From positions 275,587-339,586 of the forward strand of contig JBNGIO010006246.1 of the NCBI GenBank assembly GCA_049999805.1: a DNA stretch of 64,000 nucleotides, given 5' to 3'. Source of the DNA: Folioceros fuciformis (taxonomy: Eukaryota). Positions 1 through 12,494 of the stretch are shown one piece after another. The position numbers were made by a program, and so were the translations under genes. How positions within the stretch are numbered: the first letter of the stretch is position 1; every line of letters begins with the position of its first letter. The notes under the pieces are model-generated. The model saw only the letters and a program-made list of their open reading frames with translations, searched no databases and had not been told where the DNA came from.

Positions 1-39
1 GCCTAGACGACATCGCTGCCTGCAAACTTGGATCTAAGG

Positions 40-215
40 AAGAAACAGGATTGGGAGATTGAGAAGGAAGGGGGAAAAGAGGAAGCGGGGACAAGGGGAG
101 AATGGAGGAGAAGGGAGGAAGGGAGGAAGGGAGGGAGGGAGGGAGGGAGGCGAATCCTCTAAATCACTCCATTATGGTTGGGCAGTTGTCGTTTTGAGGT
201 CCTTTTATATAATGA
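40..215 (-). promoter_or_regulatory. Possible TATA box plus CT-rich 5'UTR of a minus-strand gene leaving the window
   Basis: Minus-strand TATATAAAAGG near 201-212, followed by a long CT-rich tract (GA-rich on +, 55-150). Confidence 0.35.
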
Positions 216-1284
216 GCTGTCTAAGATTGATTCCACAGTAGTTGTGTAATATAGAATTGCCAACATGCGAGAAAGGTCACACCCATTGAGCCAAACCCTT
301 CACATTACTACACACTTACGTTGTATGGTTCGATGCCCTGCTAAAGCATGTCAAGGAATATGCAATATAGTTTTCCCTCGCTTCCTTCTTGTCATGCTTA
401 TTGTCCACCCTCCTCATGTCCGACGTCTAGCATAGATAGGCTGATGTTTGAGTTTCTCTAGGCACGGAGTGGGAGGTGGGCATCTGCTGGCCGGTGCATA
501 CACCCCACCCCTTGTCTAGAGAGACCATGAGTGCAGCATAAAAGTGACTTTGTACTGTGTACAACCATGGTTAGACCAAGAGACCTTTCCCTTCAGCAGG
601 AAAACTGATCGTGGAAGGTGATGTTCTACTTCACCACATGTAACCTGAACACAAAAAAACAATGCACACTGCTGTTCGGGATTCCTATCATGCGAAGGAC
701 GGTTAGCACCCCCCCCCCCCCCCGCCACTCCTATAACACTTTTCCTTGTTGTTTGAAATCACGATGACTGGCATGCATGGTTTGCCGCATAGGCTTAAAA
801 CATGCGTTGCTCACAAATCACCGACCATGCGTGAATACTACGTGTGATGACATTGGGTGTCTTACCACTCAGGCTAACCTTGTTTACCGGCCTCACTTTC
901 GGACAAAGGTGGGAAAAAGCCAAACCTAACATCATCATCGACCTCAATAGAAGAATATCGAACCTTTGCCACCCTTCATGCATATTCCCCCCCTTGCAAA
1001 TTTATTGTGTTTAATCCTAAATGGACTCACGGAGACATCTATCCCAAAAATAAGGGAATTGAGACTTTATTGAAAGACACAATGGAAAAAATCATCGACC
1101 CATAGAAAAGAGCAAAACAAACCACAAAGACTCCCAACCCACAAGGACTAGCCTCCAAACTCTAGAGCCCTAAATCCCATACATCTATTCTCTAACTCTG
1201 AAGTTCTTAATGTGAACATCATTATTGTTCAATATAGCTATACTCATCAACATAAGTTTCATCACTATAACAAAACTCATAAGA

Positions 1285-1805
1285 TTCTGGAGCTGCAGTT
1301 GGAGTAGGCCCTTCAACTGGAGCAGGTGCTAAACTTGCAGCTAGAGTAGGCCCTTCAACTGGAGTAGGTGCTAGACTTGCAGCTTGAGTAGGCCCTTCAA
1401 CTAAAACAGGTGCTAGACTTGCAGCTGGAGTAGGCCCTACAAGTGGAGCAAGACTTGGAGTTGGAGTAGGTTCTTCAACCAAAGCAGGAGCTAGGGCTGG
1501 AGTTGGTCCTGCAACTGGAGAAGGCCTTTCAATTGGAGCTAGAGCTGGACCTGTAGCTGGAGTAGGCTGTACAACTGGAGCTGGAGTTGGAGCTGGTCTT
1601 GTAGCTGGAGTTGGAGATGGTCCTGCAACATGAGCAGGCTCTATGATAGGACTTGCAGCTGGAGCTAAAGCTGGATTTGTTGCTGGAGCAAGCACTACAG
1701 ATGGAGTATGCACTACAGCTGGAGCAGCCACTATAGTTGGAGTAGGTCCTACAACTGGAGTAGGAGATGGAGCTGCACTTTGAGTAGGCCCTACAAATGG
1801 AGTTT
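1285..1805 (-). repeat. Coding minisatellite (ASLAPxPVEGPT / GPTPA repeats), AGP/mucin-like
   Basis: Repeated units such as gtaggcccttcaactggag and gctagacttgcagct. Confidence 0.85.
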
Positions 1806-2606
1806 GATTCGGAGCAGGGAAAACAATAGGAGTCGAAAATGGTGCCATTGTAGATTCTATTGCCAATGGTACTGGTGGTGCACTTGACAATGGTGGTTTA
1901 CTTGGAGACGCCTGCTTGGGTGTAGGAGGACTAGTCGTAATGTTTATGTGGATGTGAAAAATAAGATCAATGACATTCTTAGCAAAGATTGTTCCCTCAA
2001 AATGAAATTTTCCAAAACAAAGTTTGTGTGCAATAATTTTGTTTAATGCTTGTGATGGATGAAATGCATCCCACCAAGGAAGCTTCCTTGCATGAGCGCA
2101 AGGCGTGGTATCACGTTGACAAAAAGTTTTGCCATTAAAAGCTCCTCCACCACAACATGTAGTATTACTTTCAAATCCATGATTAGAAAGAGTTTTTATC
2201 ACATGGTGAGTAATCTGATAAGTAGGAGCCATGAATACTTTTGCTCCTTTCATTCCATCATCTTGTTCAAGCATATCCTTTATTGTAGCTAGAAGCTTGT
2301 TGTTATAACCTACAATCTTTTGGTTGATGTGACCCATACATTTTCCGATACATTTTTTTGAAGTATATGTCACATTATATTTTGCTAGTACAAAGGGCAT
2401 ACATCCCACAGGTTGTACCTCTGCTATGACAAACTTTCGCACTCCTATATTGTAAAAATCTTGAATGATATCTTTAAATTCACGTAGAATGTCATCTGTG
2501 AACTGGTCTGCTTTGCTCAATGTTGTTTCATTGCCGCTTGTAAGAAATTCCATCCAATCGTTGTTTCCTGTTGACAAATAAATTAGAGAATTGGCTACAT
2601 GGTGAG

Positions 2607-2977
2607 CATAATTTGTTGCATCACGTCAATGAAGCTGACTTAATGTATCCTCTCTGAAGTACATAAGTTGGTCCCTTAATGATATAACATTTCCAAATTG
2701 ATGTACACCTGTATCACGAAGAATACCGGATCTAGCTGACCTTAAATTAATACCCACACTAAGATTATTATTATGGGGATTTAAATAAGGACATAATTTG
2801 TTGCATCACGTCGAATGAAGTTGACTTAATGTATCTTCTCTGAAGTACATAAGTTGGTCCCTTCATGATATAACATTTCCAAATTGATGTACACCTGTAT
2901 CACGAAGAATACCGGATCTAGCTGACCCAAAATTAATACCCACACTAAGATTATTATTATGGGGATTTAAATAAGGA
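2607..2977. repeat. Tandem duplication, 2 copies of about 185 bp (2607-2791, 2792-2977)
   Basis: cataatttgttgcatcacg...ggatttaaataagga occurs twice, head to tail. Confidence 0.95.
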
Positions 2978-3289
2978 CGTGGGAGATGAGTCAAATTAAG
3001 ATACCCAGCTATGAAGTCAATAGCAAGCAAACCATTAGTATGTCGTCCTGTAGCTTCATGATGTGCAAAGTCTTGCCCAAATAGAGGGAAGTCCGCTCGT
3101 GCCAGCCCATGAGTATTCTGATGTTGATTATTACCAGCATCCACAGATGAGTCTCCAAAGATATATATACCAGTAAAATTCTTAGCCCTTATGCCACGTA
3201 AGTGACTTAAAACAAGCAAAAAACACGTAAGAAAAATAAACTTGCTCATGATGACGCCGTGCCTTGATAGTATATGTGCAGAACACTAG

Positions 3290-4655
3290 GATCCAAGAAA
3301 CCTTTGAATCTTATAACCTAGACAATTGTGTAGGTGTTGCTTGCTCTATAATTATCGTTGATGGAGAACTTATGTCTCTTATAAGCTCCTAGGAAAGCTC
3401 TCAAACTAACTTTCAATATGTCTCTAAGTGAGAAGTGAATTGTAATAGTTGAAAGCCAGTATGCCCATTTTATACTTGTGAATTTTTGTTTCTTGTTTAA
3501 GAATGGTTTACAATTATTTGCAGTCTTGTAATGTTCATGTTGCTACTGGAAGAATGGTTTTTGGTATTTGCAACCTTGTGGCCATCATGTAACTATCTAT
3601 AAAGGAGCTAACAATTCATATACATGTGGATCCATGGGAGCCATACACAACTATCTATATAGGGGTGCATCTATATCTCAAAAGAAGAACAATTGTATTG
3701 GAGTCTCTTAAGGATTGCTACCATTAAGAATGGTTTCTAATATTGCAATCTTGTGACCCTCATATGACCATTGGACAAGAGCTAACAATTGATATACATG
3801 AGATTTATAGAAACTTGCTTCTTTTTGAATAGTTAATAATTATGTGGATCAATGGGATGCATATACAATTATTTATACATATGGCACATCGGTACCTTAC
3901 AAGAAAAATTTTAATAGAGTTCACTAAGGGTTGCTACTGGAAGAATGGTTTATAGTATTTGCAATCTTGTGGTCATCATGTGACTACTTGTAAAGAAACA
4001 AACAAATTCTATACATGTATAAGATTTGTGAGCTTCTTAATAAGTAGTCAAATAATGGCCACAAGATTGCAAATACTATAATCTATTCTTGTAGTAGCAA
4101 CCCTTAGTGAACTCTATTAGAATTCTTCTTCTAAGGTATGGATGCGCCTTAGATAATTGTATATGGATCCTATTGATCCATATAATTGTCAACTATTCTA
4201 AAAAAGCAAGATTCTGTAAATATCATGTATACAAATTGTTAGCTTCTTAATAAATAGTCACATGATGGCCACAAGATTGCGCATACTATAACCCATTCTT
4301 ATGGTAGCAACATGACTGTTGCAAGATAGTTGTAAACCATTCTTACAGTAGCAAGATGATCATTGCAAGATTGCAAATAATTGTAAATCATTCTTATGGT
4401 AATAACATAACCGTGGCAAGATTGCAAATAGTTGTGAACCATTCTATAATAAAAAAAGTTCCACAATTATAAAATTGTGATATTGGCTTTCAATTTCTGT
4501 AATATTATTTATTTCTCACTTAGAGACGTGTCAAAAGCTAGTTTGAGATAATTACCGGGAGCTAAGGAGCATAAGTTCTCCAGCAACGACAATTATAAAG
4601 CATTGGTGGCACCTAGACAATTATGTAGATTATAAGATCCATACATTTTTGGATC
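3290..4655. repeat. Long imperfect palindrome / foldback with internal subrepeats
   Basis: Left arm (gatccaagaaa...gtctctaagtgagaa...) is the reverse complement of the right arm (...ttctcacttagagac...ttttggatc). Centre is tatacatgtata at 4010-4021. Confidence 0.9.
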
Positions 4656-6370
4656 TTTTTTTTTTTTTTATTTAGATTAGGTTAGCAAAAGCTAAGTACA
4701 AGAATACAAGGACAGAATGCTTCGACCTACATGTGTAGCCTAATTCCTATAGGTGACTTTGATCGAATGAGAAAGAGTAATCTTACCTTCCCAATGGACA
4801 TGAGTGATTGCATTGGCCCGTGCTTCCAAGCATAAGAAAACTAGCAACCTTCCACTTATTCCTTTCGAACTTACATGGAGTGGTCGTTTTCAAGCTTTCA
4901 AGCAAAGTAAGCACTTGCTTCAAAATGCCCCATAGTGTGGCAGTTCATAGTGTGGTTGTTAGCAGTTCCCTCCCTCCATAAACTATTGCAATCCAATTAC
5001 GCCAAAGACAGGAGAGTCAGGAACTCCACAGCAGCCCTCACCATTGCAAATGGAGTAGCGGTTTTCCCCCGACATTTGATTAGGCCAAAGAGGGTAGTCT
5101 ACTCTATGACAACTAGGTTGGCCATAGGAAAAAGCCCCTAAAGCCACCCTTAGAAACTTGCCTCCAGATCCTTTAAGCATACTTGCACTGGAAGAATATG
5201 CGTTGACTTTATGGGGGCATCACTATTGCACAGCCTATATGAACCCTTCCTTACCGTCACTAGCAAGCCATCCCTCATGTCAAGCAAGTTTGGAAGAAGC
5301 GCCATATTGTGATATGGATCTTAGGAGGATGCCCACCCACCATAGTAGTTGAATAGTTGACCTTTGCTGTCAGAGAGATACCTTAACCTAGGGGCCATTG
5401 GTTGGCGCCGATTGGATTTATGCAAGCGCACCAACCATTGGTAAATGTTTGCAGTTTGGGGGTTAAAGAAGGATCGAGGAAGTCCTTGTTGACACCTTGG
5501 ACGTTGAGGCTAGTGGAAGAGGCCAGGTCTCAATGCTAGTTCCCAATTCTCCATGAGTTGAAACCAATATTGAGTCTAAAGATGGCAGGGGGTAGTTTCT
5601 TGCTGCAGTGTTCTTCCTGAGTAAGCCAGCGCCCTGCCCTCGTGGCCATGGTCAAAATTGTTACGGGACTTAATGCCTTCCACCAGAGGTTTCTTGGATT
5701 TAGTGTTATGCAAATGCTATCAAGACAAGCTTTTTCTTCTTACCCGTTTTTGCCTTTTTTTGAGTCACTTATGTGGCGCATGGCTAAAACTTTTACTGGT
5801 ATCTTTACTGGCCAGGAGCGGGCTCCACCCGCCCAGGAAAAGCTATGGGAATTTTAAGGCAGGCCCCACGGGAAGCCCGCACCGCCTTCGGCTTAAAAGG
5901 TCGCAGCAGCCCGGAAGCAGCAAGCCCGACGTCCCAGGCGAAGGGGGCTGCGGATCACAGCAGACTGTCCAGATTTCTGGGGTCCTACACTCGGGCTAAA
6001 GCCAGCACGCGGTAGGGAAAGGGAGAGCTCGCGGAGGAGCGTGGCGCCCACCAGCAGCAGCTTGCGGTGCTCGTGGGGGTAGCTGCTGGGCTGCCGCAGC
6101 TTCACCGTTGCTTCACGAGGGGGTTGCTGGGGCTGGAGATGGTGTGCACATGGGCCGCTAGCGCTGCCTCTGAGTCCGCTTCTCTTCCTCCTGCTGCCCC
6201 GCCTTCGGATTCCTCCACTTCCTCTTCCCTTTGCACGCGTCTCTACCGCAGAGTGTTGGCCCTCACCAGCTGGCCTCGCGGTGGCGGTCTCTCGCCAGCT
6301 CCAGACCTGAGGAAGCCCGCAGCAAAGAACACGCTGTTGATGGCGGCTATAACCGGCTGATGACCATCTC
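4656..6370 (-). mobile_element. Degenerate LINE-like retroelement remnant
   Basis: Poly(A) tail on minus strand at 4656-4669, and a degraded zf-RVT-like peptide (KFLRVALGAFSYG...SICNG) near 4980-5160. The 5' boundary is uncertain. Confidence 0.4.
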
Positions 6371-7056
6371 GCTTGGAAACTGAGCTTGTTGCAAATGCGT
6401 CACTACTGAGTCATCGAAGAACAAAGTGACAAACTCTGGGTGCGCGTATGTGAAACAAGTTGGGCACCACATCAGTCGCTATTTCAGGATTGCGGGAACT
6501 TTTGATTTCTTCAACTCATGTGCCTCCTCCAGGCAAGTGCGATTTTGAGAATTCGTCTTGGCTTCTGTCGAATGGCAAGGCCTCTTCACGCGTCGGGCAG
6601 CCTACAGAGATAGGATCTGTGTGCAGATGCTACATCTGAAATAAGCATGTTAATGAACATGGATATAGATGTATGGTCGCTTGGACAGGGGTTGAAGATG
6701 GACATTTGCACACAACAATCGTGGGTTCGATGTTTACATTCGGACGAAAATTGGTGTGCTTACGCCGAAGTTGCAAATTTCGAAGAAAATCTTGGGAGTC
6801 ACAAATTTGATTTTTGCAAATTTTTAAGTATGGTTGGTAAGTCCTGTTTGTCGGACGAGTAGGAATTGTAGTTCACATGGATGGCATTTGCCTGTAATGG
6901 AGGATCACCCCGACCTACCTAAGGGACACCCTAGTCGGGGTGCGGTACACATGGCTGTAACTACCTTCACCACAAAGGAAGAAAGGCACTAACATCGCTC
7001 GAAACACAAACCTGTTGCAACACAAATGAGGGAATCCAGACAGGAGGCATGCACCA

Positions 7057-8973
7057 TCATATTTTTTTGGGCCAGTTCCCACCGATGAAGTCCAACGACA
7101 AGAATGGGGCCGCTTCCTTCTTGGTCAGAATTCTAGCCCAGGAAGGCCACGAGGTGGAGTTGGAGCCAGGCCCTGAACACTTGTATTCTCCGTAATACAC
7201 GGTCCTGCAAACGCACAGCCGCAGAGCAACTAAGAAAAAGAGAACACCTGGATGACATCTACATGCGAAGAGAGGGAAGATGGTAAGGAAAGAGTGTTTG
7301 TGGTACTCACTTCTCGCGTCCAGGAACTCCCCAATTGTACCATCCGCCGGGAGTGACAATGACGTCAATGTAACAGAATGAGTAGACAACCCTGGAATAG
7401 GGACCCCAGGCCCGGCCTAGGTAGAGAATGCCGGAGCCGTCAATGAGGCAGTCGATGAAGGAGAAGCCTGTTTTCTCGTTCTTTGTTAGTCTCTTCTGGG
7501 CTGTGAGCGAGCCGAAGGTCTCGGCTATGGCGTGCAGGTGGCAGCTCTGTCACAATCGTCACTTAGGATTAGCGCAACCTGGAGCGGGCTGCTTCTTTGT
7601 CTTATCCCTGAACTTGGGAGGACTCTGTATCACGCAGCATACGTTCATGAGGCACGAAGGGAAGGCCTGCGCATTGAAGTAGTACCTGGTAGATGGACTG
7701 TCCGTCGCCAAAAATGAAGTCGATGGAGCCTTCAATGTAGCAATTCTTGAAGTAGTGCCGACCTCTGTGGTCGTACAGAGTGTCCTGGGCACCGTAGAAG
7801 CCGCAACCGGAGAAGTAGGCCTTGTCCCCTGTTACCCGCAGCGCCACGGCTTGCTGGCCGACAGCTCCAGGAGGTGGAGCTGGGGCTGTGTTCTGCAACG
7901 ATACATCCACGTCAGTACCATCTCCGGTAGTGATCAGATTAATCACTGACCCCACAAGCTATAAGCGCATCGATCCACCAGCAACATGTCGTGATATGCT
8001 TACCTTGAAGTTAATGCCCTTTGCAACGAAGTGATCAGAGTTGACGGCAACGGAGGCGCTTCCGTAAGTGCTGAGATTTTGCTTGTCTGCCCCAAGGGTG
8101 GAGGCGGTGTCGTTCCACTCGATGGTGGTCAGGTGCCGGCCATCGCCTTGAAAGGTGATGTAAGGCTTGTTGGATGGAATAGTCACCTTCTCCCTACACA
8201 CGAACACAATTGCAATCTCAGGATATCCACTGTCACATAGCTTCCTCGCGTGGACATCGGCCAAGCAGCCCCAGCAACAAAATGCAGTAATGTCGCTTTC
8301 GACGTCTACACAGCCCCTCACCTGTAAATGCCCTTCTTGATGCGAATCACGACCCGCTTCTCATTGTGCTCGTCGACGCTGTCGACTGCGTCCTGCACCG
8401 TGCGAAATTTCCCACTTCCATCCTTGGCCACCACGATGCTTTTGCTTTTGCTCTTCTTACTCTTGCTCTTCTTCGGCTTCTGCAATGCTCCAGAAAAACA
8501 TTTTGTTAGTCTCGGGCACCTCCATCTTCCTCCTCACACACTGCAACAGCAACTGCCACGACAACCTCCCACAAATCCACACAACACTGGCGTACCTACA
8601 TTCACACGACTTACAACCGAGGCATTAAGATTCACCGCCAAGCCCGCACCTTACTCTTTTTCTTCTTCTTATTCGTTTTCTCCTTTTTGTCCTTGTCCTT
8701 GCTGCTCTCCTTCTTATCCTTGCTGGACGTCTTGGGCGGGCTCACAGAGAGGGAGAGGGGAGCAGAGTCCCCATCGGCATCCTTGTCCCCGGCAACGTAC
8801 AGCTTACTGTCGGGCTTGTACTTGGCGTAGTACTCGTCTCCGACCCCTTTAATCCATTTCTCCAACTTCTCCCTCTGGGTGGAGCTGGGGGCCTTGGGCA
8901 GGTTCGCCAGGACCTCACCCGAGAGCGTGAGCAAGACGCAGAGCAGCAGAAACAGAGGATTCCGACTCGCCAT
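7057..8973 (-). CDS. Pectin methylesterase (no PMEI pro-domain), multi-exon
   Basis: Signal peptide; motifs [61 protein letters not shown] and [11 protein letters not shown]. Confidence 0.95.
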
Positions 8974-11369
8974 CACTCCCGCTCGGATCACCCCAGCTCC
9001 GCAATGCGGCTTGCTTCGTCACGGTGACATTTCAAATCCGAGGCGTGACACTCTTGACGCAGCCAGGAGTCCCAACCCAAGACCCGGACTTTGCGAATTC
9101 GCAATCTGGCGGCTGTTGGAATTCGAGCGTCCCCGCACACTGACCGATACAGCGGAGTCCGAACGTCACGACGGGGACCGCCTACTTGTAGTGTGGAGAG
9201 GCCAGTTTCGCCGCTCGTGCAGTCGGCTGCAGAGCCATTATGGGTAAGGCGGGAACAGATATTTGGTTGCGCCAGCGGTTGGGAGGTTTTGCCCCTTTGT
9301 CTGCCCGCTTTTGGCTTCACGATTTCTATTGTGTATTTAAGAGCAGCGCTTATCCAGCCGGTGGAAGGGCAACTGCGGTCTGCACACTCACTTTTGCAGG
9401 CTGACTGATGCGAGGTCGGACTGGACACCACACCCACTTTATCCTTCGCGCTACAAAACTTTGTTTGAAAATCATGTATAATATGAGACGCATGGGTGTG
9501 CCTTGAGACCTTGGGCTGCCGTGCAGCCCGACAAGTGCCAAGACAGGTGTGTGGTGGCTCCTACCATGCCCGCTTCGTGTACACGTCTCCTCTTTCCAGC
9601 AGATAAAAAGAGAGCCAGTCCGTCTGCACTTGGTGCCAAGACTGATTGTGACTGCCCCGGTTGCCTCCGAATGCCATCGATGCAGTTTGGTGATTCCACC
9701 TTGTGCGTTATACAGCATCTTGATTGTTCCAACTGGAAGTTAGGATACCGCTTACGGTATTACTTGTGCATGGATGATTGGAGGGCGAGTTCATGGGCGT
9801 CTCCGAGGGAGGGAAGAGGGGGAGAGGGAGAAGAAGGGTTCGTACCGGTTTACCACAATGGGTTGTGATCTTGCCAATGCCAGTGACCGCAGTCGAGAAC
9901 GTGGGGAGAGTCTCCCCAGCCTGCTAGGTGCCCTCGCAATCTGGATTCCTGACACAAAACAAAACGGGGGTTCAGGAGTGGCAGCTTCAACATTATGGTT
10001 TTTAGAATACATGTACATCTGCACGTATACCACGCCTCTGGCTCCGTCAGAGGCAGTTAATACTGCCTGCTCAAATGGTGGTGTCCTATTGGACAAAATC
10101 CGTCTCAGGCATTGACTCTCTGACATGCCAGCCCATCACCGGCCGGTTTCCAGCAGCGCGGCGCCGGTTCCGGTTACACAGACAGTGGGCAGAGATACAT
10201 ATGTACATCTGTGTTGTATGTACATATAGATGGGAAAGTATCTGCAAGAGGATCCCTGAAGGTGTGTCAAGTCCAGGCTCATCCATCCACATGCCACGGT
10301 TTGGGCCACTTGGAGCAATCAGGGATCGGGGGAGGTAGTGAGTTGGGATGGCGTTTTGCGGTGTGGGACTCGGGTTCGTCGGGGAGAAGGTTCCTAGAAG
10401 AGAGGTTTGCATGTGTGACCACATGCGTGGCGACTTGGAGCACCTGTCCAGCAGTGACGCCATGGGCCATGCCCAGAACGCGAAGTCAGAAGAAAGCCAA
10501 AAGCATCTGGGCAGAGAAGGTTAAATAAGTACACTATCCGAGTCCGCCTGCGGCGGGTAAGCTGAGATGACATGGTGCGTACAGAGTTTGGTGCAAAAGA
10601 GTGGAAATACACATGATGCTTGCGTAGACGACAAGGACAGCGGATAAAGTATGTCACCTCTTACTACAGCTTGGCAGTTGTGCTGGAGGCGGCACTGCAG
10701 GCCAACACATAGCCCTTTGGTGAGGCCAACGAAAGTGGACTGTGTATGCAGTTGGCGGCAGGAGGCTTGAAGGTGCAGGAGACAGAGAAAAACTTTAGGC
10801 ATTATCTAACACAAAAGTTGTTACAGGATTGGAGGGGAGAAGCAGGACCCTGGAGAGGGCACCTGATATTTACGAGTATCGAAGCCCAACCGAAGCTGCT
10901 GTTTGACGTCTACACATACAGCAGAGCATCTTGCAATGGTCAGCTTTCGGCAGTTGAACCCACGGGGACATTGCATGCAGTGAACTTGTCCAGGCACAAC
11001 AGAACCGGGCGTGACGTCATACAAAAAGGAGAGGCTACGTGAATTGCAAAGTATTTCCTAGCGATTGTTTACAGGCTACTTGACGGGCCGACGAGTAATT
11101 CCTAAACAGAAACTAGGAACACATTGCACTGCGTGTGGCCCAGTGCGAACTATGACTTACGACAAGGCGACCAATTTTCCACACACATTTGCGGGAAGAC
11201 TGTTACGGGCGGGACGAGCTGATGATATGGAACACAAATTCACACATTTCGTCTAGGCACCCTCACCAACCTCAACCTGAAGATGCAAGAGGTATGTATG
11301 TGCAAAGTGATCGGAGGGGAAACGATGGCTAGCACCTCCAGGCTCTGCCACTCTCTGCACATGCCGCAC

Positions 11370-11705
11370 CACAGGCACATCACATCAGGTAGGAGAACAA
11401 GCATATTAGGCAGGTCAGGTAGGAGGGTTCATCAGGAAGGAAAGCAGCATATCAGGCACATCATCAGCTAGGAGGGCTCATCAGGAAGGAAAACAGCAGA
11501 CCAGGCACATCATCAGCTAGGAGGGCTCATCAGGACGGACAGCAGAACAGGCACATCATCAGGTTGGAGGGCTCATCAGGAAGGGGAACAGCATATCAGG
11601 CACACAAGGTAGGAGGAGGCCTCATCAGAAAGGAGTACAACACATCTGGCACACCAGGTAGGAGGGATCCTCAGAATGGAAAACACCACATCAGGCACAT
11701 CAGGG
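11370..11705. repeat. Degenerate tandem minisatellite of about 47-49 bp
   Basis: Six to seven copies of aggcacatcatcagctaggagggctcatcaggaagga... Confidence 0.85.
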
Positions 11706-12494
11706 AGGAGGTCAATCTCCTTCCATGAGACATGACTTTCCAAGGCCTCAAGGGCTTGTACGCCAGAGAGCTCTCACCCGCACCTGAGATCCCATCGCCA
11801 ATATTCCTCGCAACCTCAAACGTGATGCGGCTTCTGCGCTTCAATGACTGCATTTTGATCAACGTCCTCCGGCCTGCTGGTGAGGCCGGGTCTGCCCTAA
11901 ACAGGCCACCGGCCTTTGCTCCTTTCTCACGAGCGACTATGTCAATACAAGCAATCGATCAGCTCTTTCCCCGACAACCCCTTGATGCCGATCTATCTCT
12001 TATCTCTTTTCCCCCGAGCCCTCCCGTTGTATTGTGCTGATGCCCGCGAAATGCAATGAGAAGAGGGCGTGAGAAGAGGTCGACATGAGGGGCCAAGCGC
12101 TCTTTCAGATATCCGCAAGTCTGAACAACTCAATACATGGCGGAATGCCAAAGATACTCCTGACATGAAGTACTTCGAACTCATCGAGGCGCATTGAAAC
12201 GCTGCGGTGGGGCTTCCCCCTTTCAATAATTCACAAGGCTTTACTGGATCAAATTGACTGTCCACAACTATTCGACACCAGCTGGTTAAGCTGTAAAGGC
12301 TAATCCAGCATGAAGACCCAGCTCCCTGGCCCTTCACTGCGCTACTAATCGTAATCGGATACATAGACAGAGACATACACGGATGTGTGTACACATGGAA
12401 CACGCACACCTGACAGTTTGACGAAAACACAGCTGACGTGTACTAGTAGATGCATCTTGTCATCTACAGGGTCTGTACGGGGCCAACCTTACCA

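Larger units (their letters stand above)
1222..3249 (-). pseudogene. GDSL esterase/lipase with signal peptide and Pro/Ala/Thr-rich C-terminal tail, disrupted
   Basis: Motifs IFGDSSVDAGNN, TGRHTNG, GINFGS, STGNND, PVGCMP, TCCG and WWDAFHPS. A 185-bp tandem duplication at 2607-2977 carries an in-frame TGA in each copy. No introns seen. Confidence 0.8.

Noticed and set aside
2607-2977. TGA stops in the GDSL gene repaired by U-to-C editing
   Set aside because: That editing is organellar, this gene is nuclear, and the duplication also shifts the frame.
9400-11350. Short ORFs between the PME and carbonic anhydrase genes
   Set aside because: No motifs or consistent exon chain could be supported.
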